Source: Sulfurimonas sp.
Lineage (GTDB): Bacteria > Campylobacterota > Campylobacteria > Campylobacterales > Sulfurimonadaceae
Reading direction: 5' to 3'
DNA: 64,000 bases
NCBI GenBank assembly: GCA_011391635.1
Contig: JAABQD010000010.1
Coordinates: 3,059-67,058, forward strand
Shown here piece after piece: positions 29,211 through 40,549 of the stretch. The translations under genes and the position numbers were made by a program. Below the pieces are notes generated by a model. It searched no databases, was not told the DNA's origin, and worked only from the letters and a program-made list of their open reading frames with translations. Within the stretch, counting starts at the first letter, position 1, and each line of letters begins with the position of its first letter.

Positions 29211-29948
29211 TTACCTCTGCACATGCCAACCAAAACACTCAAAAAGATGCTCAAACACGCTATCTAAAGGAGCAGATATTTCAAGTTTTTCATTGCTATA
29301 AGGATGTATTACTTCTAATTTATTGGCATGTAAAAGCAATCTATGACATCCATAATTCTCTCGAATCGACTGATTATGTTCGCCTCTTCCATACTTTGTA
29401 TCGCCCAGAATATGATGAGAAATATGTTTCATGTGTCTGCGTATCTGATGTTTGCGTCCTGTTTTTGGATGCACCTCTACAAGTGAATATCGACTCTTTT
29501 CATAGCGACCGATGGCATGTGGAAGTTCTACAGTGGCGAGTCGCTTGTAGTGTGTCACTGCCTCTTGAGCTTCTTTGTTCTCTTTTGCTTTTTTATCGGC
29601 TATTTTGTCAAGTTTTTCACTCAAAGCATGGTCTATAACGCCCTCTTCATCGGTATAACCACGAACAACTGCAAGGTAAGTTTTTTGGATTGTGTGATTT
29701 GCGAACTGCTCTGACATGAACCTTGCACTCTGGTTATCAAGAGCAAAAAGCAAAACGCCTGAAGTAGGTTTATCAAGGCGATGCACTGGATAAACCCACA
29801 TGCCAAGCTGGTCACGAAGCATCTTCATAGCGAAGTAAATTTCATGTCTGTCTATCATAGATTTGTGGACGAGAAGTCCACTTGGCTTGTTTATGGCGAC
29901 GAAATAAGCATCTTGATATAAGATTTCTAGCTTATACTCTTTCCACAT
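29211..29948 (-). CDS. truC: tRNA pseudouridine65 synthase TruC (RluA family)
   Basis: LEILYQD, NKPSGLLVH, VHRLDKPTSG, TGRKHQIRRH. Confidence 0.85.
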   Translation of the reverse strand: MWKEYKLEILYQDAYFVAINKPSGLLVHKSMIDRHEIYFAMKMLRDQLGMWVYPVHRLDKPTSGVLLFALDNQSARFMSEQFANHTIQKTYLAVVRGYTDEEGVIDHALSEKLDKIADKKAKENKEAQEAVTHYKRLATVELPHAIGRYEKSRYSLVEVHPKTGRKHQIRRHMKHISHHILGDTKYGRGEHNQSIRENYGCHRLLLHANKLEVIHPYSNEKLEISAPLDSVFEHLFECFGWHVQR

Positions 29949-29965
29949 GCCAATATTTTACAAAA

Positions 29966-31294
29966 CTACTTAGATTTTGTACTTTTTTTTGGAGCTGAAG
30001 TTTTTTTTGCTGGAGCAACTTTTTTTGTTGTTCCCGATTTTTTTGTCACTTCTGCTCTTTTGTTTGACGATGGACTTTTCATATTTCTTTTATGATATTT
30101 TATTTCTGGTTTTTTATGCTCATTTTTGAGTTTTACTTCTTCAGCATCAGCTCTTCTGAGATTTGGATCTGGCTCAAAACCTACAACCGTCTCTTTTGGT
30201 ATCTTCATACCGATAACTCTCTCGATATCTTTGATATCAAATTTTTCATACACATCCAAAAGTGAAATAGCCTCGCCATCACGCCCAGCACGACCTGTTC
30301 GCCCTACTCTATGTACATAATCCTCAGGCACTGAAGGAAGCTCGTAGTTTATAACATAAGGAAGTTCCTCAATATCCAAACCTCTTGAAGCGATATCTGT
30401 TGCAACTAAAACCTTGATTTTCCCCTCTTTGAACTCATTGAGCGTTTTTTGTCTGTTTGCTTGGGTTTTATCACCATGAATAATCCCACATTTGAGACCA
30501 TCTTTTTTAAGTTCTAACACAAGCATATCTGCACTTGCTTTTGTTCTTGTAAAGACCAAAACCTGCGGATAATTTCTTGAACCAATCAAATATGCAAGAA
30601 GTGCGGCTTTTTTATCGGTATCGACCATATAAGCGACTTGATTAATCGTATCCACTGTTGAGTTCTTTTTAGAGATTTCTATAAAAGTTGGTTTTGTAAG
30701 AACGAGCTTGGAGAGTTTTCTTACTTTATCACTGTATGTTGCCGAAAAAAGAAGTGTTTGATGTCTTTTTGGGAGAAGTGGATGCACTTTTCGTATATCT
30801 TTTGCAAAACCCATATCGAGCATTCTATCCGCTTCATCGATAACAAAAATCTCAACATGAGCGAGGTTCAACCCTTTTTCCACATGCTCCATCAATCGCC
30901 CTGGAGTAGCAATGATGATATCGATACCTTTTTTCAGTGTGCGTTGCTGTGCTTCTAAATCTTTTCCACCTACCAAAACAGCACACTCCAAACTCATATG
31001 TTTGGCAAAGCTTTGCATGTCCTCAAAAATCTGAAGAGAAAGCTCTCTTGTAGGAGACAAAATAATCCCACGCAACACTCTATCTTCTGTCGCTGTTGTA
31101 TTTCGAAGTCTTTGCAAAAGTGGAAGTCCAAATGCAGCTGTTTTGCCTGTTCCTGTCTGAGCAGTGGCAAAGATATCCTCTTTTGCTAACACTAAAGGGA
31201 TAGCTCTTTTTTGAATACTCGTCGGGTGTTCAAAACCCAACTCCTTTATCGCACCTAATAGTGGCTTGATAACTCCTAATTTTTCAAATGACAT
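29966..31294 (-). CDS. DEAD-box RNA helicase (RhlE-like)
   Basis: AQTGTGKT, PTREL, DEAD, SAT, HRVGRTGRAG, Lys-rich tail. Confidence 0.95.
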   Translation of the reverse strand: MSFEKLGVIKPLLGAIKELGFEHPTSIQKRAIPLVLAKEDIFATAQTGTGKTAAFGLPLLQRLRNTTATEDRVLRGIILSPTRELSLQIFEDMQSFAKHMSLECAVLVGGKDLEAQQRTLKKGIDIIIATPGRLMEHVEKGLNLAHVEIFVIDEADRMLDMGFAKDIRKVHPLLPKRHQTLLFSATYSDKVRKLSKLVLTKPTFIEISKKNSTVDTINQVAYMVDTDKKAALLAYLIGSRNYPQVLVFTRTKASADMLVLELKKDGLKCGIIHGDKTQANRQKTLNEFKEGKIKVLVATDIASRGLDIEELPYVINYELPSVPEDYVHRVGRTGRAGRDGEAISLLDVYEKFDIKDIERVIGMKIPKETVVGFEPDPNLRRADAEEVKLKNEHKKPEIKYHKRNMKSPSSNKRAEVTKKSGTTKKVAPAKKTSAPKKSTKSK

Positions 31295-31345
31295 ACATAT
31301 ACAACCTCATAACAATATACGAAATTTTAGCATGTTAACCAAAAA

Positions 31346-32209
31346 TTAAGCTATGGTGTTTTTGTCCCACATGCCAAGCTTTTTCTGTTTTGAATAAAAA
31401 TAGACCCAAGCAATCATTGCCCCACCACTCATTCCAAGACTCAGCACTTGTCCAAAAGTAATCATTTCACAGCAAATATATCCTATTTGTACATCAGGTG
31501 CACGATAAATTTCTGCAAGAAATCTGAAAATACCGTAACTTATCGCATACACCAAAATCAACTCTCCGCTGAACTTTTGAAATCTTCTATAAGTATATAC
31601 GACTAAGAATACACCAAAGCCCTCTAAAATCGCCTCATAGAGTTGTGAAGGATGACGAAGCACTCCATCCACATAGATTCCCCAACTCACATCCGTAACC
31701 CGCCCTATCAGCTCTTGATTGAGAAAATTTCCGATACGACCAAATACAAAAGCAAGAGGAACGCTCAAAGCCACCAAATCTATGATTTTGCCAAAAGAGA
31801 CTTTATGTTTTTTACAAAAAAGATAGGTTGCCATCACAAATCCAATCACAGCCCCATGATAACTCATACCACGAATACCGATGAATTCGCCATTTACAAA
31901 AGGATTAAAAATCTGCCAAGGATTTGCCAAATAGTAGAGCGTTTGTGTGTCATAAAAAAGGATATACCCAAGTCTCGCACCCAAAATTACGCCAATTTCA
32001 ACATAAATAAAATAGATATCAATTTGACTGCCAGAGATTTCTAACTTATCTCTTTGAATAAAATATTTCCCGATATACAAAGCACTCAAAAGAGCCAAAA
32101 CATACATCATCCCATACCAATGCACAGGAAGAGAAAAGATATGAAAAGCTACGGGGTTAAAAGTGTCGTAGATGTGATTCCAGCTACTATTTGCTATTTC
32201 ATTTGGCAT
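31346..32209 (-). CDS. lgt: Prolipoprotein diacylglyceryl transferase
   Basis: VHWYGMMY, GARLGY, GMSYHG, GRIGNF, HPSQLYE. Confidence 0.97.
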   Translation of the reverse strand: MPNEIANSSWNHIYDTFNPVAFHIFSLPVHWYGMMYVLALLSALYIGKYFIQRDKLEISGSQIDIYFIYVEIGVILGARLGYILFYDTQTLYYLANPWQIFNPFVNGEFIGIRGMSYHGAVIGFVMATYLFCKKHKVSFGKIIDLVALSVPLAFVFGRIGNFLNQELIGRVTDVSWGIYVDGVLRHPSQLYEAILEGFGVFLVVYTYRRFQKFSGELILVYAISYGIFRFLAEIYRAPDVQIGYICCEMITFGQVLSLGMSGGAMIAWVYFYSKQKKLGMWDKNTIA

Positions 32210-32224
32210 GTGGAAATTTCCTTG

Positions 32225-33502
32225 TTATTTTCTAAGAGCTTCCGCTATCAACTCAATAGGGTTTTTGAAAATCGTTTCAACCCCTGCATTGCTCATAGAG
32301 TTATTGATTTGCATACGACATGCACTGCACTCAGCACTTACCACATCCGCTTTTGTCTGCCCTATCATATGTGCTTTTGGAATCCCTGCGGCATGTGCAA
32401 AGTGGTACTTCTCACTCTGCATCGTAATTCCACCAAAACCGCAACACGCATTTGGGTCACTCATCTCTACTATTTTGTAGTTTTGTTTTATCAAATTTCT
32501 TGGCTCTTGATGAATTCCCTGCATTTTTTTCGCATGGCATGGGTCATGGTAGGTTACAATGCGTTCATCTTTTTTCTTTGAAGCCAAAAGATGTTCCAAA
32601 TGGGTATGGTGTTGCAACCACTCCGTTGCCATAAAGATTTTGCCTTTGAGTTTTTTAGCCCTTTCTTGCCACTCTGGCTGGTCATGAAAATAGTGTTCGT
32701 AATCGATTTTAAGCATCGCACTACATGTGGCTTCTGGCACGATTATAGCCTCTATATCATCGCCAAACTTCTCAAAATATTCGATATTGTGTTTTGCATT
32801 CGCATCCACTGTGTCAAAATCGCCTGTAAAATAGGCAGGCGCTGAACAGCACTTTTGGTCTTTTGCTAAAAATGCGTCGATTTCAAGGGCTTTTAGTATT
32901 TCTAAAAGAGAGTTTCCGATGTTTACATAGTTGTAATTTCCCAAACACCCTATAAAAACCGCAACTTTTCTTTTTCCGCCGTTGTTTATATTCTCTTTAT
33001 GTGAATTTAAAAAAGAGGTTTTTCGAAGGCTTGGTAAAAGTCTCTCACTCTTAATCATAGGAAGATTAAAACGGCTATTCATTGAGTCTATTTCGGCTCT
33101 TATTTTAAATCCACATGTCTGAAATGTCCAACCAAGTTTAAAGGCTATATCATTGAGCCATCTGTGGCGAAGAAGCAAAAAGAAGGCTCTTTTATACCAA
33201 GCGATGCCAAATTTTTTCGCGATATCGGAGCGAACTTGCTCGATTATCATGTCAGTAGGAAGTGCTTTTGGACAAACTTCTACACAGTTTGTACATAAAA
33301 AACAGCTCTCAAAAATATCTTTTGCATTTGCATCAAGGTCAAGTTTGCCTTTGTGATACGCACCCAAAAGGTCGATAAATCCGCGTGGAGAGGTTACCTC
33401 ATCGGCGTTCACATTGTGAATGGTACAAACGGGAATACATTTTCCACACTTCACACACTCATCACTGATGGCACTAAAATCAAAAATATTTTCATGTGCC
33501 AT
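32225..33502 (-). CDS. GlcF-like Fe-S oxidoreductase (two 4Fe-4S, CCG domains)
   Basis: CVKCGKC, CFLCTNC..CP, CC, YHDPCH, CCGFGG. Confidence 0.85.
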   Translation of the reverse strand: MAHENIFDFSAISDECVKCGKCIPVCTIHNVNADEVTSPRGFIDLLGAYHKGKLDLDANAKDIFESCFLCTNCVEVCPKALPTDMIIEQVRSDIAKKFGIAWYKRAFFLLLRHRWLNDIAFKLGWTFQTCGFKIRAEIDSMNSRFNLPMIKSERLLPSLRKTSFLNSHKENINNGGKRKVAVFIGCLGNYNYVNIGNSLLEILKALEIDAFLAKDQKCCSAPAYFTGDFDTVDANAKHNIEYFEKFGDDIEAIIVPEATCSAMLKIDYEHYFHDQPEWQERAKKLKGKIFMATEWLQHHTHLEHLLASKKKDERIVTYHDPCHAKKMQGIHQEPRNLIKQNYKIVEMSDPNACCGFGGITMQSEKYHFAHAAGIPKAHMIGQTKADVVSAECSACRMQINNSMSNAGVETIFKNPIELIAEALRK

Positions 33503-33505
33503 GCG

Positions 33506-34873
33506 TTACACCGTTTTTGAGAATGTTTTGGAGTTTGTCGCATGTTTTTTCATGTAGGCATCAAAAGGCATGGCGATATTTCTTATAAGCAAAGTTCCCG
33601 TCTCAGAGCACTCAATATGATTTTCATCTATTGTTAAAAGTGCATCCTCAGCAAAAGGTTTCAAGGCTTCGATAGCATCCGCAAAATAGGTTTTAAACTC
33701 GATGTTAAAGAGTTTCTCAAATCTTTTTATGTCAAGCTTAAAATTACTCATCAGCTCCATAATAACATATTGGCGAATTTGGTCATCCGCATTTAAAACC
33801 ACACCTCGCTCAAACGGGAGTTTTCCAGCATCGATTGAGGCTTCATACAAAGCCATATCTTTAAAATTCTGATTATAACTATCCACGCCCTCGCCGATAG
33901 AAGTAAGCCCTACTCCAATCAAATCTGCTCCGCCTTTGGTTGTGTAGCCTTGAAAATTTCTATGAAGTTCACCCTTTTCTATCGCTTTGAAGAGTTCATC
34001 TTCAGGTTTTGCAAAGTGATCCATACCTATCATTTTATAGCCGTGACTTGTTAAAAAGTCTATCGTGTACTGCATGATATGAAGCTTTTCATCTGGAAGT
34101 GGAAGCGTTGTCTCATCGATTTTTCGCATCGTCTTTTTCAACCAAGGCACATGGGCATAGTTAAACACCGCAAATCTGTCAGGATTAAGTGTCAAGGAGA
34201 GTGCAAGAGTCTCTTTGAAAGTCTCTAAAGTTTGATGTGGCAAACCGTAAATTAAATCAACATTCACAGAGTGCATATTATACTTTCGTGCCAAATCCAT
34301 TGCATCTTTTGTGATTGCGTAAGGTTGAATTCTATGTACAGCCGTCTGCACTTTTTCGTTGAAGTCTTGGATTCCAAAGCTCACACGATTAAATCCAGCC
34401 TCACTCATCACTCGCATCTGCTCTTCATTGATGTGACGCGGGTCAATCTCACAGCTAATTTCAGCATCTTTTACAAAGTTAGGAAAATAACTCTTAATCT
34501 CCTCGATAATCTCCCCCAGCTGTGGTGCAGAGAAAAATGTAGGTGTTCCTCCCCCAAAGTGCATCTGAATCACCTGACGGTTGCAATCAAGGTGCTTGGA
34601 TAAAATTTTTAGCTCTCTTTTGAGGTACTCCATGTAGCGAAGCATCTTATCGTCTCTTGATGTAAAAACCACATTACATCCACAAAAATAACAGGCATTG
34701 CGACAAAATGGGAGATGAAAATAGAGGCTTAGAGGACGCGTTGCATCTTGAGATTCCAATTTTTTTATATACGCATCATACTCGTAAGAGTCACTGAATT
34801 CAAGTGCTGTCGGATAACTTGTATAACGCGGTCCAGGTTTAGAATATTTTGTAAATTTAGCAAAATCGAGCAT
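33506..34873 (-). CDS. hemN: Oxygen-independent coproporphyrinogen III oxidase
   Basis: GPRYTSYPTA, HLPFCRNACYFCGC, GMDHFA, RNFQGY. Confidence 0.97.
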   Translation of the reverse strand: MLDFAKFTKYSKPGPRYTSYPTALEFSDSYEYDAYIKKLESQDATRPLSLYFHLPFCRNACYFCGCNVVFTSRDDKMLRYMEYLKRELKILSKHLDCNRQVIQMHFGGGTPTFFSAPQLGEIIEEIKSYFPNFVKDAEISCEIDPRHINEEQMRVMSEAGFNRVSFGIQDFNEKVQTAVHRIQPYAITKDAMDLARKYNMHSVNVDLIYGLPHQTLETFKETLALSLTLNPDRFAVFNYAHVPWLKKTMRKIDETTLPLPDEKLHIMQYTIDFLTSHGYKMIGMDHFAKPEDELFKAIEKGELHRNFQGYTTKGGADLIGVGLTSIGEGVDSYNQNFKDMALYEASIDAGKLPFERGVVLNADDQIRQYVIMELMSNFKLDIKRFEKLFNIEFKTYFADAIEALKPFAEDALLTIDENHIECSETGTLLIRNIAMPFDAYMKKHATNSKTFSKTV

Positions 34874-34937
34874 TTTTAATCCAATATTTTATAGTTTGTT
34901 GTGATTATCTCTAAAAAGTGTTGAAACAGTTATAAAA

Positions 34938-36647
34938 CTATTTTTCAAACTCTCCAGCTAATCTTTGGTAAATCTCTGAGGTTTCTAACAACTCTTTGTG
35001 ATTTCCACATGCCACAATTGCACCACTTTGCATCACTAAAATTTTATCCGCATCTTCTATAGTGCTGAGTCTATGGGCAATTGTGATAGTAATTTTATCT
35101 TTTGTATATTCGCCCAGAGCTTTTTGTATCCGTTTTTCACTCTCATTATCAAGAGCGGAAGTTGCTTCATCAAAAAGTAAAAGTGAGGAGTGTTTATAAA
35201 TCGCTCTTGCTATTGCCACTCTTTGGCGTTGTCCTCCTGAGAGATTTGCTCCAAACTCCTCCATTTTTGTATAAATTCCATGCTCTAGTTTTTCTACAAA
35301 TTTAGAAGCATCGGCAAGCAGCAGAGCCTCATAAACTCTTGCTTCATCAATCTCCTGTCCATAAGCAACATTCGCCGCAAGCGTGTCTTGAAAGATATAA
35401 ATTCTCTGCGTTACCAAAGAGATATGATGTTTGAGTGAGATTTGATTGAACTCTTTAATGTTAGTTTTGTTGATAAAAATCGCACCGCTATCAGGGTCAT
35501 AAAAGCGAAGAAGCATATTGATAAAAGTGCTTTTTCCACCTCCACTATCACCTACAAGTGCGATATTTTCGCCTCTATTTATTGCAATAGTCACATCATT
35601 GAGAGCATAAGCATCAAGATATTTTAGAGTTACATTTTTAAATTCCACATGCCAGATATCCTCTTCTAAGAGTCTCTCACCATCTGTAATTCTGCTTGGT
35701 GTATCCAAAATTTCAAAAACTCTCTCACTCGCCGCCACTGCATTTTGAATTTTGGAGTAAATCGAACCTATGCGTCGAATTGGCTGAAAAACAAGCCCCA
35801 CCGCAGTTAAAAATGCGGTAAATTCGCCAACGCTCATTCTCCCATCATACACCTCTTTAGCACCCACGAAAATAACAGCTGCAAGTCCAGCCGCTCCAAC
35901 CATCTCCATCAAAGGAGATACAATTTCTCCCACATACACTGATTTCATATTTATCTTAAAAAATTGCCAATTTTGCATACTAAATCGTGCAACTTCATAT
36001 TTTTCTGTCGCATTGGCTTTGATGATTTCGGAGTTGTTAAAAACTTCTGTCAATCGTGTAAGTACATCTGCATTTTTTTCTTGAGAGCGGTGTGCATATT
36101 TTTTGAGTTTTTTTGCTATCAAAATAAGAGGATAAATAATAAGTGGAACAACAATAAGTGAGTAAAATGCTAAAGTAGAGTTCAGATAAATAACATATCC
36201 TACAAGAGCAACGACCGTAAGTGTTTCACGAAGTAACTCTGGGAGCATATTTGAGACAAAATATTCTATCCTGCCTATATCATTTGTCACACGAGAAATC
36301 AGCTCTCCACTGCGATTGAGATATAAAAAAGTCATATCAAGAGAGATAATTTTTTCTAAAAGAATTTCACGAAATCGTGTCACGATATGTTGCCCGATAT
36401 AGTTCATATAAACAGATTGAATGTATCGCCCAAGAGATTTTAAAAAGTAGATTACGACCAAACCAAGTGGAATGAGATAAAGCATCTCCTCTTTTTTGGA
36501 TACAAACATATCATCCATCAAAGGTTTCATAATATGTGCCGTTGCAGTAGTTGCACCCACTGTCAAAATGATTCCAACCAAAACGAGAAGATACTGTAAT
36601 TTATACTCTTTGATAAATGGTAAATATCTTTTTAAAATAGGTTTCAA
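34938..36647 (-). CDS. msbA: Lipid A flippase MsbA
   Basis: ABC TMD-NBD fusion; GDSGGGKST, LSGGQRQR, DEATSALD; next to the LPS cluster. Confidence 0.85.
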   Translation of the reverse strand: MKPILKRYLPFIKEYKLQYLLVLVGIILTVGATTATAHIMKPLMDDMFVSKKEEMLYLIPLGLVVIYFLKSLGRYIQSVYMNYIGQHIVTRFREILLEKIISLDMTFLYLNRSGELISRVTNDIGRIEYFVSNMLPELLRETLTVVALVGYVIYLNSTLAFYSLIVVPLIIYPLILIAKKLKKYAHRSQEKNADVLTRLTEVFNNSEIIKANATEKYEVARFSMQNWQFFKINMKSVYVGEIVSPLMEMVGAAGLAAVIFVGAKEVYDGRMSVGEFTAFLTAVGLVFQPIRRIGSIYSKIQNAVAASERVFEILDTPSRITDGERLLEEDIWHVEFKNVTLKYLDAYALNDVTIAINRGENIALVGDSGGGKSTFINMLLRFYDPDSGAIFINKTNIKEFNQISLKHHISLVTQRIYIFQDTLAANVAYGQEIDEARVYEALLLADASKFVEKLEHGIYTKMEEFGANLSGGQRQRVAIARAIYKHSSLLLFDEATSALDNESEKRIQKALGEYTKDKITITIAHRLSTIEDADKILVMQSGAIVACGNHKELLETSEIYQRLAGEFEK

Positions 36648-36662
36648 ATGAACTTCCTCTAT

Positions 36663-38648
36663 TTACTTTTTGTGTGATTGTATCAAATATTCTGTAACCG
36701 CCAAGGAAGCTTTATAATACTCCTCGCACCTCTTTTGCTCCTCTGAAGAAGCTTTGCCTACTAAAAACCCGCCATCTTTTGCCATAAGAATGCCAGCATC
36801 ATTAAATCCACAATGAAGTCTATTTTTATCAAGTAAATTTGTCCCGATGGCAGTGTACTCTTTTTCATCGAGAGTGAGATTATAGAGTGTCGGAAATATA
36901 TCTTTATGCGAGGAAGCGACTGTTATATCAATGGACTCTTTTGGTTTTAAATACTCTGGCAGATAGATATAAAAAGGAATTTTTTTGGTTTGCGTGTAGT
37001 AGTCATCATACTTCATAATCCCCTCAATCGTATTGTTATCTGCAGTAAAGGCCACAACGGAGTTTTTGCCCAACTCTGAATTTTTCACTTTATCCAAAAA
37101 TGTACCTGCCATATCAAGGGCGTACGCATAATCTTTAAAACGAAGTTTTGCAAGTTGTATATCGCCAGTGATATGTTCTTTGAGGTTTTGTGAAACTTCC
37201 AGAGAATTTGATTTATAATCGCTTGGGACAGTGTATGGCGGATGATTGTTTGTTGTCAAGACATAAATAAATTGTGGTTTTGTGGCATTTTTTAACTTCT
37301 CATAGACATAGTTATAGAGATGCTCGTCAAAAACACCCCAATCATGGGAAATAGACTTCGCGTCTTGGCCCAAACTTGTCGCAATTGCCGCTCTTCCTTC
37401 CACATGAGAGAATCCTTGACGCGATACAAAACTTCCCACATTTCTCCACGACAAATCTCCACCATAAACAAATGTGGTCTCATATCCAGCATCTTGATAT
37501 ACCTTTGCACTCGCTTGTTTAAAGGAGGTGTTTAAGTATTCACTTTGAGCAAACGATGTAGAGTCCGGTCGTGCTGCAATATTTAAAAGTACAGGCTCCA
37601 AGGAGACAATTGTTCCATTTGAACTAGAAATAAAATTTGTAAAAAGTGTATCCTCTTTGAAATGCTTTTGAAGCTTTCCTAAAATGTTAAAACTCTCACT
37701 CTGATAGTCCAAAATTGGTGTTCCAAAACTCTCCACCATCACAACAACGACATGTGGATTTTTCTCTTTTGCAGCTTGGTTTGGAGCTGTTTTATGCTTT
37801 AGGTTACTAAGCAAATCCTCTTTGTTTATCGTTTCATTTTGTGTATGCACCTCAAAAGCTTTTTCGATGTTTCCTTGATAACCTGCCATTTTTATGAGGT
37901 CATAATTTCCTGATTTGCTTTTTGCATACTGCTCATAGGAGTTGAGCATTGCATACCCTGCACTCTGAGGAAGCTTATTTATAAATGGGTCACGACTCAC
38001 ATCAGGGATATCTTTTGCAAGTGGAAACAAGCCAATGGAACCTCTGCCTAAAAGCCCTACAACAGCAATGATTGTTATAAAAAAGAGAGCTTGTTTGGAA
38101 TAACTCCACATAACATTCCATCGTTTTTGCTCTTTTATGATTTTAAAAAGAGTGCTATATAAAAATGTAAAAAAAAGAAAAACACCCACGCCAAGAAGAG
38201 GCACATTATAATTTGTAAAAGCAGTCCGCAAAAGTGCCTCTGTATCATCATCAAAAACACCAAAAATCATGAGTGTTGCATGTTCTGCAAAATAGGAAAA
38301 ATAGGTTAAATCGGCAAATGTCAAAAGAGCTAGAAGCGTCACAAAAAAGAGAAAATAAACTCTAAAAAAAGTATAGAGATATTTTTGTAAAAACTCTGCA
38401 TTCAAAAGCCAAATGAACATAACTAAAAGAGTAGGAAGTGCATAAATATAGGCTAAAATACTTGCATCAAGCCTTATTCCAAGCCAAAAAGTGTGTAAAA
38501 GTTCAAAAATAGAGTACGATGAAGATGCTCCATAACTCACAAACAGATAGACCCGTGCAAGAGACATCAAAAACAAAAGAATCAATAAAAGCTTCAAAAA
38601 TGAGAAAAGCAAATTGATTAAAAATGAAAAATGATTATTTGTTGGCAT
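36663..38648 (-). CDS. LTA synthase / sulfatase-family membrane transferase (paralog 1)
   Basis: Five N-terminal TM; VVVMVESF, TTNNHPPY, FTADNN, SHKDIFPTL. Confidence 0.82.
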   Translation of the reverse strand: MPTNNHFSFLINLLFSFLKLLLILLFLMSLARVYLFVSYGASSSYSIFELLHTFWLGIRLDASILAYIYALPTLLVMFIWLLNAEFLQKYLYTFFRVYFLFFVTLLALLTFADLTYFSYFAEHATLMIFGVFDDDTEALLRTAFTNYNVPLLGVGVFLFFTFLYSTLFKIIKEQKRWNVMWSYSKQALFFITIIAVVGLLGRGSIGLFPLAKDIPDVSRDPFINKLPQSAGYAMLNSYEQYAKSKSGNYDLIKMAGYQGNIEKAFEVHTQNETINKEDLLSNLKHKTAPNQAAKEKNPHVVVVMVESFGTPILDYQSESFNILGKLQKHFKEDTLFTNFISSSNGTIVSLEPVLLNIAARPDSTSFAQSEYLNTSFKQASAKVYQDAGYETTFVYGGDLSWRNVGSFVSRQGFSHVEGRAAIATSLGQDAKSISHDWGVFDEHLYNYVYEKLKNATKPQFIYVLTTNNHPPYTVPSDYKSNSLEVSQNLKEHITGDIQLAKLRFKDYAYALDMAGTFLDKVKNSELGKNSVVAFTADNNTIEGIMKYDDYYTQTKKIPFYIYLPEYLKPKESIDITVASSHKDIFPTLYNLTLDEKEYTAIGTNLLDKNRLHCGFNDAGILMAKDGGFLVGKASSEEQKRCEEYYKASLAVTEYLIQSHKK

Positions 38649-38712
38649 GTGGAATTATACTACATTAATAATTTTTTAAGTAAAATAGCATACTTTTTAA
38701 AATAGGAACAGC

Positions 38713-39654
38713 ATGAAAAAACGAATCTTAGTCACGGGTGGAGCTGGTTTTTTAGGCTCACATCTGTGTGAAAGACTACTCAAAGAGGGGAACGAAGTCA
38801 TCTGTTTGGATAACTTTTTTACGGGCGACAAAAAAAATATAGAACATCTTTTAGACAACCACTACTTTGAGCTTATTCGTCATGATGTTACCTTTCCTAT
38901 TTCACTTGAAGTAGATGAGATTTATAACCTCGCTTGCCCTGCTTCACCTCCACACTACCAGTTTGACCCCGTGCAAACGACAAAAACATCGGTCATCGGC
39001 GCTATAAATATGCTTGATTTGGCTAAAAGATGTAAGGCTAAAATTCTTCAAGCAAGTACGAGCGAAGTATATGGCGACCCTGAAGTGCATCCACAACCTG
39101 AAAGTTACAGAGGTTCTGTGAGTACAACGGGCATCCGAGCTTGTTATGATGAGGGAAAACGATGTGCTGAAACACTCTTTTTTGACTACTACCGTCAATA
39201 CGGAGTGAAAATAAAAGTGATGCGAATCTTCAACACCTATGGACCAAACATGAACCCATACGATGGAAGGGTTGTCAGCAACTTCATCGTTCAAGCCCTC
39301 AAAGGCGAAGATATTACGATGTACGGAGACGGAACACAAAGCAGAAGTTTCTGTTATGTCGATGACTTGATTGATGGAATGATTCGTCTGATGAACTCAA
39401 GAGATGAGTTTACGGGTCCGGTAAATATCGGAAATCCCGTGGAATTTACGATGCTTGAACTGGCAGAAAAAGTGATACATTTAACAGGCAGTAAAAGTAA
39501 AATGGTTTTCCATCCACTCCCACAAGATGACCCACTCCAAAGACAACCCATCATTGATTTGGCAAAAAAAGAGTTGGATTGGGAACCAAAAGTGATGCTT
39601 GAAGATGGATTGAAGAAGAGTATTGAATATTTTAAAAGTGCAATAGAGCGTTAA
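38713..39654 (+). CDS. UDP-glucuronate decarboxylase (UDP-xylose synthase, Uxs-like)
   Basis: [48 protein letters not shown]. Confidence 0.9.
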   Translation: MKKRILVTGGAGFLGSHLCERLLKEGNEVICLDNFFTGDKKNIEHLLDNHYFELIRHDVTFPISLEVDEIYNLACPASPPHYQFDPVQTTKTSVIGAINMLDLAKRCKAKILQASTSEVYGDPEVHPQPESYRGSVSTTGIRACYDEGKRCAETLFFDYYRQYGVKIKVMRIFNTYGPNMNPYDGRVVSNFIVQALKGEDITMYGDGTQSRSFCYVDDLIDGMIRLMNSRDEFTGPVNIGNPVEFTMLELAEKVIHLTGSKSKMVFHPLPQDDPLQRQPIIDLAKKELDWEPKVMLEDGLKKSIEYFKSAIER

Positions 39655-39657
39655 TTG

Positions 39658-40548
39658 ATGAAAGGCATCATTTTAGCTGGAGGAAGTGGTACACGCCTCT
39701 ATCCAATTACCAAAGGTGTAAGCAAACAGCTCATGCCTATCTATGACAAACCTATGATTTATTATCCGCTTTCAGTTTTAATGTTAGCTGGTATTACTGA
39801 AGTTTTGATTATCTCAACGCCCCATGATTTACCACGATTTGAGGATCTTTTAGGAAATGGAAGCGACATCGGTATGAACTTTTCTTATGTGGCACAGCCC
39901 TCACCTGATGGTCTCGCTCAAGCTTTTATCTTGGGAGAAAAGTTTATCGGTACAGATGATGTATGTTTGGTTTTAGGGGACAATATTTTTTATGGGCATG
40001 GACTCACAAATCTCTTAGCTCAAAGTGTAAAAAATGTAACACAAGAGCGTAAAGCTACTGTTTTTGGCTACTATGTCAGTGACCCACAAAGATATGGTGT
40101 TGTTGCATTTGATGAGAGCTACAATGCCCTCTCGATAGAAGAAAAACCTACCAATCCACAATCAAGTTATGCTGTAGTAGGCTTGTACTTTTACCCAAAT
40201 TCAGTTGTACAAATTGCCAAAGAGGTCAAACCATCCGAGCGTGGAGAACTTGAAATCACGACAGTCAATCAAACCTATCTCAACCAAGGAAATCTCAAAG
40301 TCGAACTGATGGGCCGAGGGTATGCTTGGCTGGACACTGGCACACATGAAAGCCTTTTAGAAGCCTCACAATTTATCCAAACAATTGAAAACCGCCAATC
40401 TTTAAAAGTTGCCTGTATCGAAGAGATTGCCTATGAAATGGGTTATATCAGTAAAGAAAAACTCCTAGAACTTGCAGCACCTCTTAGCAAAAATCAATAT
40501 GGACAGTACCTCATAAAAAGGGCTTCTCAGCCAAGAGGACTGAAATAG
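39658..40548 (+). CDS. rfbA: Glucose-1-phosphate thymidylyltransferase
   Basis: [32 protein letters not shown]. Confidence 0.97.
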   Translation: MKGIILAGGSGTRLYPITKGVSKQLMPIYDKPMIYYPLSVLMLAGITEVLIISTPHDLPRFEDLLGNGSDIGMNFSYVAQPSPDGLAQAFILGEKFIGTDDVCLVLGDNIFYGHGLTNLLAQSVKNVTQERKATVFGYYVSDPQRYGVVAFDESYNALSIEEKPTNPQSSYAVVGLYFYPNSVVQIAKEVKPSERGELEITTVNQTYLNQGNLKVELMGRGYAWLDTGTHESLLEASQFIQTIENRQSLKVACIEEIAYEMGYISKEKLLELAAPLSKNQYGQYLIKRASQPRGLK

Positions 40549-40549
40549 T

